A stretch of DNA of 19,451 bases, from the IMG/VR virus record IMGVR_UViG_2563366888_000003; one strand, written 5' to 3'. The DNA is from a virus (lineage: Duplodnaviria > Heunggongvirae > Uroviricota > Caudoviricetes). Positions within the stretch are counted from its first letter, which is position 1, and each line of letters begins with the position of its first letter. Shown piece by piece: positions 1-10,868 of the stretch. The translations under genes and the position numbers were made by a program. Under the pieces are notes generated by a model. That model ran no database searches. It was not told the origin of the DNA and saw nothing but the letters and a program-made list of their open reading frames with translations.

Positions 1-120
1 CCAATCTTTGGAGCAATGGAACAAATTGTCGCCCATTGTGAGTCATATTCGCTCTGACTTTCCAGAACCATACGGACTGCCCGTTGACGGACTTCGGGGG
101 AAAAACGAGTATTTTTAGTC
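1..120 (-). CDS. IS3-family transposase OrfA, N-terminal 40 codons (partial, runs off window start)
   Basis: Minus-strand translation from the ATG at 118-120 gives [41 protein letters not shown], the helix-turn-helix N-terminus typical of IS3-family OrfA (IS629-like). The frame is open to the window edge. Confidence 0.8.
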
Positions 121-176
121 ATCCTGTTTACCTCTTTCTCAGGAAGTTTAGTCTCCAGGATTCCCGGGGCGGTTCA
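1..176 (-). mobile_element. IS3-family insertion sequence (IS629-like), left terminal segment; element continues beyond window start
   Basis: Reverse complement of 121-176 reads TGAACCGCCCCGGGAATCCTGGAGACTAAACTTCCTGAGAAAGAGGTAAACAGGAT followed by the transposase ATG, which I recognise as an IS629-type left end. The element terminus (TGAACC on the minus strand) lies at 171-176. Identification is from memory, not a database search. Confidence 0.75.
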
Positions 177-256
177 GAGATAACAATCAACTAATACTGT
201 TTTGTTGATTTTTGCTTGTAATTGGCGTTCTGGTCTGATTTTTGTGGAGTAAGTTG

Positions 257-640
257 ATGCGTGATATTCAGATGGTTCTTGAGCGTTGGGGAGCGTGGGC
301 GGCTAATAATCATGAAGATGTGACCTGGTCGTCCATTGCCGCCGGTTTTAAGGGATTAATTACTTCAAAAGTAAAATCTCGCCCGCAATGTTGTGACGAT
401 GACGCTATGATCATTTGCGGGTGCATGGCCCGTCTGAAAAAGAACAACAGCGATTTGCACGATTTATTAGTAGATTATTATGTAGTCGGTATGACATTCA
501 TGTCACTGGCAGGTAAGCATTGCTGCTCTGATGGTTATATCGGGAAAAGGTTACAGAAGGCTGAGGGCATAATTGAAGGGATGTTAATGGCATTAGATAT
601 CCAGTTAGAGATGGATATCGTTGTTAATAACTCTAATTAA
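257..640 (+). CDS. Q: Late-gene antiterminator Q (phage 82 / DLP12 QuuD-type), 127 aa
   Basis: Translation [34 protein letters not shown]... with Cys-rich motifs, recognised as a QuuD/Q82-family antiterminator. ATG at 257 chosen with GGAG 8 nt upstream; the six-frame track start at 242 is a TTG. TAA stop at 638-640. Confidence 0.85.
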   Translation: MRDIQMVLERWGAWAANNHEDVTWSSIAAGFKGLITSKVKSRPQCCDDDAMIICGCMARLKKNNSDLHDLLVDYYVVGMTFMSLAGKHCCSDGYIGKRLQKAEGIIEGMLMALDIQLEMDIVVNNSN

Positions 641-660
641 TATGCCAATTGTTTACTAAA

Positions 661-691
661 AATTATTAAAAATGGGGCGTTGAGACGCCCC
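661..691 (-). terminator. Candidate rho-independent terminator for the minus-strand porin transcript
   Basis: GC-rich stem GGGGCG (674-679) / CGCCCC (686-691) with a 6-nt loop. Read on the minus strand the hairpin is followed by ATTTTTAATAA (complement of 663-673). Confidence 0.45.
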
Positions 692-779
692 CAAAAATAA
701 AGGGTAATATATAACAGAAGGTTTATATAGTTAGAAGCAAGGTTGTGCTTCTAAAGGAAGTGGCTTGAGGGAGCCACTT

Positions 780-819
780 ATATGTTGGGGAGGCAACGCC
801 TCCCGCAACATATCTTTTT
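780..819 (+). terminator. Candidate rho-independent terminator on plus strand downstream of Q (tR'-like), lying in the porin 3' UTR
   Basis: Imperfect 15-bp stem ATATGTTGGGGAGGC (780-794) / GCCTCCCGCAACATAT (798-813), loop AAC, followed by CTTTTT (814-819). Confidence 0.4.
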
Positions 820-829
820 CGTAATCAGA

Positions 830-1912
830 TTAGAACTGGTAAACCAGACCTACAGCGACGATGTCGTCGGTATCAATATCAGCTGTTTTGGTAAACTTAC
901 TATCGTCAATTAAGTTGATTTTGTAATCAACAAAAGTGGACATGTTTTTATTAAAGTAGTAAGTAGCACCGACATCGACATACTTGACTAAGTCTCGGTC
1001 ACCATGAACACCAAGGTCTTTACCTTTTGACTGAAGGTAAGCAACAGATGGGCGCAGACCGAAGTCAAACTGATATTGTGCTACTGCTTCAAAGTTTTGT
1101 GCTTTGTTTGCAATATGGTTATTACCAAAAACGGTCATATTCTGAGTTTCAGAATATGTGGTAGCCAGATAGATATTGTTCGCATCATATTTCAGGCCTG
1201 CAGCCCATACTTCCGCATTTTTGCCGGAGGCATTGAATTTGCTCTTACCATAGGCGACCTGACCGTCAGTGCGATCTGATTTAGCATAGGTTGCACCCAC
1301 GCCGAATCCTTCATACTCATAAGTAGTGGAGAAACCGAAACCATCACCATTGGCTTCAGTTACGTCAGTGCGGTCATTTTTACCCTGATACTGAGCAGCA
1401 AAGTTCAGGCCATCGACCAGACCAAAGAAGTCGTTGTTACGATAAGTTGCAACACCAGTAGTGCGACCAGTCATGAACACATCTGTTTGGGTCCAGGTAT
1501 CACCACCGAATTCTGGCAGAACGTCAGTCCACGCACCGATGTCGTATGCTACACCGTAGTTACGGCCGTAATCGATTGAGCCGTAATCACCAAATTTCAG
1601 GCCTGCAAATGCAAGACGGGTTTTGTCTTTGGAAGAACCTTGAGATTCAGCGCGGTTGCCTTTGAATTCATATTCCCACTGACCGAAACCAGTCAGTTGA
1701 TCGTTGATTTGGGTTTCACCTTTGAAGCCAAGACGGGCATAAGTAGTATCACCATCATCTGCATCATTAGAGGAGAAGTAGTGCTTAGCATTAACTTTCC
1801 CGTACAGATCCAGCTTGTTACTGTCTTTATTATAAATTTCAGCTGCCTGAGCAGACATCGCCATCAGTACTGATGCAGCTACAGCAGAAATTGCCACTGT
1901 TAATTTTTTCAT
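830..1912 (-). CDS. nmpC: Phage-encoded general porin (OmpC/PhoE family; Lc of phage PA-2 / NmpC of DLP12 type), 360 aa precursor
   Basis: Translation from the ATG at 1910-1912 begins [23 protein letters not shown] followed by AEIYNKD (signal peptide with AQA cleavage site), carries OmpC-like motifs and ends in the beta-barrel C-terminal motif YQF. The six-frame track ORF extends 20 codons further upstream (to 1972), which I reject in favour of the signal-peptide start. Confidence 0.9.
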   Translation of the reverse strand: MKKLTVAISAVAASVLMAMSAQAAEIYNKDSNKLDLYGKVNAKHYFSSNDADDGDTTYARLGFKGETQINDQLTGFGQWEYEFKGNRAESQGSSKDKTRLAFAGLKFGDYGSIDYGRNYGVAYDIGAWTDVLPEFGGDTWTQTDVFMTGRTTGVATYRNNDFFGLVDGLNFAAQYQGKNDRTDVTEANGDGFGFSTTYEYEGFGVGATYAKSDRTDGQVAYGKSKFNASGKNAEVWAAGLKYDANNIYLATTYSETQNMTVFGNNHIANKAQNFEAVAQYQFDFGLRPSVAYLQSKGKDLGVHGDRDLVKYVDVGATYYFNKNMSTFVDYKINLIDDSKFTKTADIDTDDIVAVGLVYQF

Positions 1913-2340
1913 CGTGAGCCCTTTTTTTGAACTATTATTAAAAAATGATGTCACTGCGCGATAAATATTCATCTAATCAATGTGATTATTTCAAGATGTA
2001 AGTTTTGGTTTCTCGTTTGATTTGTGAAGTAGATCTCTATTTTTATCTGAACTTTTTTCTATCGAATCCTATTCATGGCTCTTGGCTGAATAAAAATAAA
2101 TCTATTAGCCAATTTATATTAATGGCTGTTATTTATAAGTGCTCTATAATTTGAAGGTTCAATTTAAATCGGCTAAAAATAACGCTGGAAATTATTTGTT
2201 GGTTATTTGTTGAGATTTGCTTATGTATTTGTAGTGGTGTTTTCAATACTCGGTAGCATTCTCGCAAATATCATTTAGTGGTTTACGTACGTAAAAAATT
2301 GGTTATGCTGTTAAGAGTGGTTACTTCGTCACACAGCTTA

Positions 2341-2372
2341 AACCCGCCGTCGAGCGGGTTTTTCCATTTTTT
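2341..2372 (+). terminator. Rho-independent terminator upstream of the lysis cassette
   Basis: Stem AACCCGC (2341-2347) / GCGGGTT (2354-2360), loop CGTCGA, followed by TTTCCATTTTTT (2361-2372). Confidence 0.5.
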
Positions 2373-2484
2373 GAGTCTCGATATTAGCTGATAACCCAAT
2401 ACCTGAGTTATTCACTGACTCCGAGTCTGTTACGTTTCGTAGTATTCCCTCAATTTACACCCGCTTTGTCTGCGAGGTGGGGTT

Positions 2485-2700
2485 ATGAAATCCATGGATA
2501 AGTTAACAACGGGTGTCGCCTATGGCACCTCAGCAGGTAGTGCCGGGTACTGGTTTTTACAGCTGCTAGATAAAGTCACGCCCTCACAGTGGGCGGCAAT
2601 TGGAGTGCTGGGTAGCCTGGTATTTGGCCTGCTGACGTACCTGACAAACCTTTATTTCAAGATTAAAGAAGATAAGCGCAAGGCTGCGAGAGGTGAATAA
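2485..2700 (+). CDS. S: Class II holin, phage 21 S21-type pinholin with dual-start motif (antiholin from Met1, holin from Met4)
   Basis: [71 protein letters not shown]: two transmembrane segments, charged C-terminal tail, Met1-Lys-Ser-Met4 dual start. RBS GAGGTGGGG upstream. The stop overlaps the R start (TAATG). Confidence 0.9.
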
Positions 2701-3197
2701 TGCCTCCATCATTACGAAAAGCCGTTGCTGCTGCTATTGGTGGCGGAGCAATTGCTATAGCATCAGTGTTAATTACTGGCCCAAGTGGTAACGATGGTCT
2801 GGAAGGTGTCAGCTACATACCATACAAAGATATTGTTGGTGTATGGACTGTATGTCACGGGCATACAGGAAAAGACATCATGCTCGGTAAAACGTATACC
2901 AAAGCAGAATGCAAAGCACTCTTGAATAAAGACCTTGCCACTGTCGCCAGACAAATTAACCCGTACATCAAAGTCGATATACCGGAAACAACGCGCGGCG
3001 CTCTTTACTCATTCGTTTACAACGTGGGTGCTGGCAATTTCAGAACATCGACGCTTCTTCGCAAAATAAACCAGGGCGATATCAAAGGCGCATGTGATCA
3101 GCTACGTCGCTGGACATATGCTGGCGGTAAGCAATGGAAAGGTCTCATGACTCGTCGTGAGATTGAGCGTGAAATCTGTTTGTGGGGTCAGCAATGA
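2700..3197 (+). CDS. R: SAR endolysin (phage 21 R21-type lysozyme with N-terminal signal-anchor-release domain)
   Basis: Gly/Ala-rich N-terminal segment [20 protein letters not shown] followed by the T4-lysozyme-like catalytic triad positions E35, D44, T50 counted in the translation. Coupled to the holin stop. Confidence 0.9.
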   Translation: MPPSLRKAVAAAIGGGAIAIASVLITGPSGNDGLEGVSYIPYKDIVGVWTVCHGHTGKDIMLGKTYTKAECKALLNKDLATVARQINPYIKVDIPETTRGALYSFVYNVGAGNFRTSTLLRKINQGDIKGACDQLRRWTYAGGKQWKGLMTRREIEREICLWGQQ

Positions 3198-3655
3198 ACA
3201 GAGTAACCGCGATTATCTCCGCTCTGGTTATCTGCATCATCGTCTGCCTGTCATGGGCTGTTAATCATTACCGTGATAACGCCATTACCTACAAAGCCCA
3301 GCGCGACAAAAATGCCAGAGAACTGAAGCTGGCGAACGCGGCAATTACTGACATGCAGATGCGTCAGCGTGATGTTGCTGCGCTCGATGCAAAATACACG
3401 AAGGAGTTAGCTGATGCGAAAGCTGAAAATGATGCTCTGCGTGATGATGTTGCCGCTGGTCGTCGTCGGTTGCACATCAAAGCAGTCTGTCAGTCAGTGC
3501 GTGAAGCCACCACCGCCTCCGGCGTGGATAATGCAGCCTCCCCCCGACTGGCAGACACCGCTGAACGGGATTATTTCACCCTCAGAGAGAGGCTGATCAC
3601 TATGCAAAAACAACTGGAAGGAACCCAGAAGTATATTAATGAGCAGTGCAGATAG
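3194..3655 (+). CDS. Rz: Rz i-spanin (inner-membrane spanin subunit)
   Basis: [26 protein letters not shown]... with N-terminal TM segment and coiled-coil periplasmic domain, near-identical to lambda Rz as I recall it. ATG at 3194 overlaps the R stop (ATGA). The track start at 3182 is a GTG. Confidence 0.9.
   Translation: MNRVTAIISALVICIIVCLSWAVNHYRDNAITYKAQRDKNARELKLANAAITDMQMRQRDVAALDAKYTKELADAKAENDALRDDVAAGRRRLHIKAVCQSVREATTASGVDNAASPRLADTAERDYFTLRERLITMQKQLEGTQKYINEQCR
3414..3596 (+). CDS. Rz1: Rz1 o-spanin lipoprotein, fully embedded in the +1 frame of Rz
   Basis: [24 protein letters not shown]... with lipobox VVGC, Pro-rich mature region [15 protein letters not shown], 60 aa, matching lambda Rz1. 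Confidence 0.88.
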   Translation: MRKLKMMLCVMMLPLVVVGCTSKQSVSQCVKPPPPPAWIMQPPPDWQTPLNGIISPSERG

Positions 3656-3686
3656 AGCTGCCCATATCGATGGGCAACTCATGCAA

Positions 3687-3980
3687 TTATTGTGAGCAAT
3701 ACACACGCGCTTCCAGCGGAGTATAAATGCCTAAAGTAATAAAACCGAGAAATCCATTTACGAATGTTTGCTGGGTTTCTGTTTTAACAACATTTTCTGC
3801 GCCGCCACAAATTTTGGCTGCATCAACAGTTTTCTCCTGTCCAATTCCCGAAACGAAGAAATGATGGGTGATGGTTTCCTTTGGTGTTACTGCTGTCGGT
3901 TTGTTTCCAACAGTAAACGTCTGTTGAGCACATCCTGTAATAAGCATTGCCAGAGCGGCAGAAAACAACATTTTTTTCAT
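3687..3980 (-). CDS. bor: Bor outer-membrane lipoprotein (serum-resistance moron), 97 aa
   Basis: Translation from the ATG at 3978-3980: MKKMLFSAALAMLITGCAQQTFTV... with lipobox LITGC, near-identical to lambda Bor. The track ORF extends 16 codons upstream; the lipoprotein signal-peptide start was chosen. Confidence 0.9.
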   Translation of the reverse strand: MKKMLFSAALAMLITGCAQQTFTVGNKPTAVTPKETITHHFFVSGIGQEKTVDAAKICGGAENVVKTETQQTFVNGFLGFITLGIYTPLEARVYCSQ

Positions 3981-4341
3981 CTTATTATCCTGCATTGTTA
4001 AAAACGGCAGAATCCTATGTGACAACAATTAAACGATAGTTAAATGGATTGATGAAAATTAAAACTATATAGGTGGATGCTCAGCCTATTGGAGGAGGGG
4101 GGGGCACTCAGAATCCTGTGGAATGAAATAAACCGCTCTATCTGTCCATTACCCTTTTAGCTGCGCTGTATCGTCGCCGTATTCCCGCATTAACCATGAC
4201 CGTAGCCCGACGGGGAATTCCTTCTGCGTGAGTGTGCGGGAATAATCAAAAACGATGCACACCGGGTTTTACTGTGCTGACAGACGCAGGGTTACCCTCA
4301 TAGTCGCTTTTCCGGTGCGATGGTGGAAGAAACCGGGATGT

Positions 4342-4536
4342 TCATCCATCATCACTTTGGATTGATGTATATGCTCTCTTTTCTGACGTTAGTCTCCGAC
4401 GGCAGGCTTCAATGACCCAGGCTGAGAAATTCCCGGACCCTTTTTGCTCAAGAGCGATGTTAATTTGTTCAATCATTTGGTTAGGAAAGCGGATGTTGCG
4501 GGTTGTTGTTCTGCGGGTTCTGTTCTTCGTTGACAT
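4342..4536 (-). CDS. Small conserved cos-proximal protein (DUF3950 / YlcI-like, possible ribbon-helix-helix DNA-binding protein), 64 aa
   Basis: MSTKNRTRRTTTRNIRFPNQMIEQINIALEQKGSGNFSAWVIEACRRRL...; the same small ORF sits at the right end of lambda just before cos, as I recall. Basic N-terminus then a short helix-rich core. Confidence 0.7.
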   Translation of the reverse strand: MSTKNRTRRTTTRNIRFPNQMIEQINIALEQKGSGNFSAWVIEACRRRLTSEKRAYTSIQSDDG

Positions 4537-4699
4537 GAGGTTGCCCCGTATTCAGTGTCGCTGATTTGTATTGTCTGAAGTTGTTTTTACGTTAAGTTGA
4601 TGCAGATCAATTAATACGATACCTGCGTCATAATTGATTATTTGACGTGGTTTGATGGCGTAGATGCACGTTGTGACATGTAGATGATAATTATTATCA

Positions 4700-4905
4700 T
4701 TTTGCGGGTCCTTTCCGGCGATCCGACAGGTTACGGGGCGGCGACCTCGTGGGTTTTCGCTATTTATGAAAATTTTCCGGCTTAAGGCGTTTCCGTTCTT
4801 CTTCGCCGTAACTTCATGTTTTTATTTAAAACACCCCCTAAAAAGAAAGGAAACGACAGGTGCTGAAAACGGGCTTTTTGGCCTCTGTCGTTTCCTTTCT
4901 CTGTT
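4700..4905 (+). other. cos site: cosQ, cosN nicking site (GGGCGGCGACCT at 4736-4747) and cosB with R3 (4788-4799), R2 (4844-4855, inverted) and R1 (4889-4900)
   Basis: The lambda 12-nt cohesive-end sequence GGGCGGCGACCT occurs exactly at 4736-4747, flanked upstream by lambda right-end-like sequence and downstream by three CGTTTCC-type Nu1-binding repeats and an AT-rich IHF-like segment, ending at the Nu1 start. Confidence 0.85.
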
Positions 4906-4924
4906 TTTGGCCGTGGAATGAACA

Positions 4925-5444
4925 ATGGAAGTCAACAAAAAGCAGCTGGCTGACATTTTCGGTGCGAGTATCCGTACCATTCAGAACTGGCAGGAACAGG
5001 GAATGCCCGTTCTGCGAGGCGGTGGCAAGGGTAATGAGGTGCTTTATGACTCTGCCGCCGTTATAAAATGGTATGCCGAAAGGGATGCTGAAATTGAGAA
5101 CGAAAAGCTGCGCCGGGAGGTTGAAGAACTGCGGCAGGCCCGCGAGGCAGATCTCCAGCCAGGGACTATTGAGTACGAACGCCATCGACTTACGCGTGCG
5201 CAGGCCGACGCACAGGAACTGAAGAATGCCAGAGACTCCGCTGAAGTGGTGGAAACCGCATTCTGTACTTTCGTGCTGTCGCGGATCGCAGGTGAAATTG
5301 CCAGTATTCTCGACGGGATCCCCCTGTCGGTGCAGCGGCGTTTTCCGGAACTGGAAAACCGACATGTTGATTTCCTGAAACGGGATATCATCAAAGCCAT
5401 GAACAAAGCAGCCGCGCTGGATGAACTGATACCGGGGTTGCTGA

Positions 5445-5470
<26 letters not shown>
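4925..5470 (+). CDS. nu1: Terminase small subunit Nu1
   Basis: MEVNKKQLADIFGASIRTIQNWQEQGMPVLRGGGKGNEVLYDS... near-identical to lambda gpNu1 (winged HTH N-terminus), 181 aa. Confidence 0.95.
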
Positions 5471-9151
<3,681 letters not shown>

Positions 9152-9171
<20 letters not shown>

Positions 9172-10471
9172 TCTCCCGCATATTGCCAGCATGGCCTTTA
9201 ATGAGCCGCTGATGCTTGAACCCGCCTATGCGCGGGTTTTCTTTTGTGCGCTTGCAGGCCAGCTTGGGATCAGCCGCCTGACGGATGCGGTGTCCGGTGA
9301 CAGCCTGACTGCCGGAGAGGCACCCGCGACGCTGGCGTTATCCGTTAATGATGACGGACCACGACAGGCCCGCAGTTATCAGGTCATGAATGGCATCGCC
9401 GTGCTGCCGGTTTCCGGCACGCTGGTCAGCCGGACGCGGGCGCTGCAGCCGTATTCGGGGATGACCGGTTACAACGGCATTATCGCCCGTCTGCAACAGG
9501 CTGCCAGTGACCCGATGGTGGACGGCATTCTGCTGGATATGGACACGCCAGGCGGAATGGTGGCGGGGGCATTTGACTGCGCTGACATCATCGCCCGTGT
9601 GCGTGACATAAAACCGGTATGGGCGCTGGCCAACGACATGAACTGCAGTGCAGGTCAGCTGCTTGCCAGTGCCGCCTCCCGGCGTCTGGTCACGCAGACC
9701 GCCCGGACAGGCTCCATCGGCGTCATGATGGCTCACAGTAATTACGGTGCTGCCCTGGAGAAACAGGGTGTGGAAATCACGCTGATTTACAGCGGCAGCC
9801 ATAAGGTGGATGGCAATCCCTACAGCCATCTTCCGGATGACGTCCGGGAGACACTGCAGTCCCGGATGGACGCAACCCGCCAGATGTTTGCGCAGAAGGT
9901 GTCGGCATATACCGGCCTGTCTGTGCAGGCTGTGCTGGATACCGAGGCTGCAGTGTACAGCGGTCAGGAGGCCATTGATGCCGGACTGGCTGATGAACTT
10001 GTTAACAGCACCGATGCGATCACCGTCATGCGTGATGCACTGGATGCGCGTAAATCCCGTCTCTCAGGAGGGCGAATGACCAAAGAGACTCAATCAACAA
10101 CTGTTTCAGCCACTGCTTCGCAGGCTGACGTTACTGACGTGGTGCCAGCGACGGAGGGCGAAAACGCCAGCGCGGCGCAGCCGGACGTGAACGCGCAGAT
10201 CACCGCAGCGGTTGCGGCAGAAAACAGCCGCATTATGGGGATCCTCAACTGTGAGGAGGCTCACGGACGCGAAGAACAGGCGCGCGTTCTGGCAGAAACC
10301 CCCGGAATGACCGTGGAAACGGCCCGCCGCATTCTGGCTGCAGCACCACAGAGTGCACAGGCGCGCAGTGACACTGCGCTGGATCGTCTGATGCAGGGGG
10401 CACCGGCACCGCTGGCTGCAGGTAACCCGGCATCTGATGCCGTTAACGATTTGCTGAACACACCAGTGTAA
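9152..10471 (+). CDS. C: Capsid maturation protease / minor capsid protein C (GTG start)
   Basis: GTG at 9152 gives (M)TAELRNLPHIASMAFNEPLMLEPAYARVFF..., matching lambda gpC. It overlaps the B 3' end. The longer track ORF from 9005 is upstream read-in within B. Confidence 0.9.
9866..10471 (+). CDS. nu3: Scaffolding protein Nu3, in-frame internal start within C
   Basis: Internal ATG at 9866 in the C frame gives MDATRQMFAQKVSAYTGLSVQ..., 201 aa, as for lambda Nu3, sharing the C stop. Confidence 0.8.
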   Translation: MDATRQMFAQKVSAYTGLSVQAVLDTEAAVYSGQEAIDAGLADELVNSTDAITVMRDALDARKSRLSGGRMTKETQSTTVSATASQADVTDVVPATEGENASAAQPDVNAQITAAVAAENSRIMGILNCEEAHGREEQARVLAETPGMTVETARRILAAAPQSAQARSDTALDRLMQGAPAPLAAGNPASDAVNDLLNTPV

Positions 10472-10480
10472 GGGATGTTT

Positions 10481-10813
10481 ATGACGAGCAAAGAAACCTT
10501 TACCCATTACCAGCCGCTGGGCAACAGTGACCCGGCTCATACCGCAACCGCGCCCGGCGGATTGAGTGCGAAAGCGCCTGCAATGACCCCGCTGATGCTG
10601 GACACCTCCACCCGTAAGCTGGTTGCGTGGGATGGCACCACCGACGGTGCTGCCGTTGGCATTCTGGCGGTTGCTGCTGACCAGACCAGCACCACGCTGA
10701 CGTTCTACAAGTCCGGCACGTTCCGTTATGAGGATGTGCTCTGGCCGGAGGCTGCCAGCGACGAGACGAAAAAACGGACCGCGTTTGCCGGAACGGCAAT
10801 CAGCATCGTTTAA
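10481..10813 (+). CDS. D: Head decoration protein D
   Basis: [41 protein letters not shown]..., 110 aa, matches lambda gpD. ATG at 10481; the track start 10475 is two codons upstream. Confidence 0.93.
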   Translation: MTSKETFTHYQPLGNSDPAHTATAPGGLSAKAPAMTPLMLDTSTRKLVAWDGTTDGAAVGILAVAADQTSTTLTFYKSGTFRYEDVLWPEAASDETKKRTAFAGTAISIV

Positions 10814-10830
10814 CTTTACCCTTCATCACT

Positions 10831-10855
10831 AAAGGCCGCCTGTGCGGCTTTTTTT
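10831..10855 (+). terminator. Terminator-like hairpin with U-tract in the D-E intergenic spacer
   Basis: Stem GCCGC (10835-10839) / GCGGC (10844-10848), extendable by A-T pairs, loop CTGT, followed by TTTTTTT (10849-10855), 14 nt before the E start codon. Confidence 0.4.
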
Positions 10856-10868
10856 ACGGGATTTTTTT

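Noticed and set aside
242-256. Upstream TTG start for Q (track ORF start 242)
   Set aside because: The ATG at 257 with GGAG at the correct spacing gives the MRDIQ N-terminus of known QuuD/Q82-type proteins. The TTG extension adds five unsupported residues.
1076-1873. Plus-strand ORFs 1076..1279 and 1640..1873 inside the porin gene
   Set aside because: Both are embedded antisense in the well-supported porin CDS. They are short, hydrophobic and low-complexity, with no start context.
2282-2295. 14-bp perfect palindrome TTTACGTACGTAAA as a definite operator
   Set aside because: One perfect 14-bp palindrome is roughly what chance predicts in 19 kb of sequence, more so in an AT-rich spacer. It is kept only as a low-confidence note inside the late-promoter finding.
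1973-2484. Possible tRNA genes in the Q-to-S interval, as seen in some Stx-type lambdoid phages
   Set aside because: The interval is uniformly AT-rich and lacks GC-rich acceptor-stem or T-arm (GTTCRANYC-like) signatures. No cloverleaf candidate was found by eye.
3656-3686. Hairpin TGCCCA..TGGGCA between the Rz stop and bor stop as a bidirectional terminator
   Set aside because: The stem is short (6 bp) and neither strand has a following T-run, so it is weak evidence. It was noted but not called as a feature.
3494-4001. ORFs 3494..3706 (minus) and 3768..4001 (plus) overlapping Rz and bor
   Set aside because: They are antisense to Rz/Rz1 and bor respectively. The Rz, Rz1 and bor translations match known proteins, while these do not resemble anything.
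4860-5066. Plus-strand 68-aa ORF spanning cosB and the start of nu1
   Set aside because: It covers the cosB R1 element and runs out of frame into Nu1, whose own start at 4925 is well supported. Most likely non-coding.
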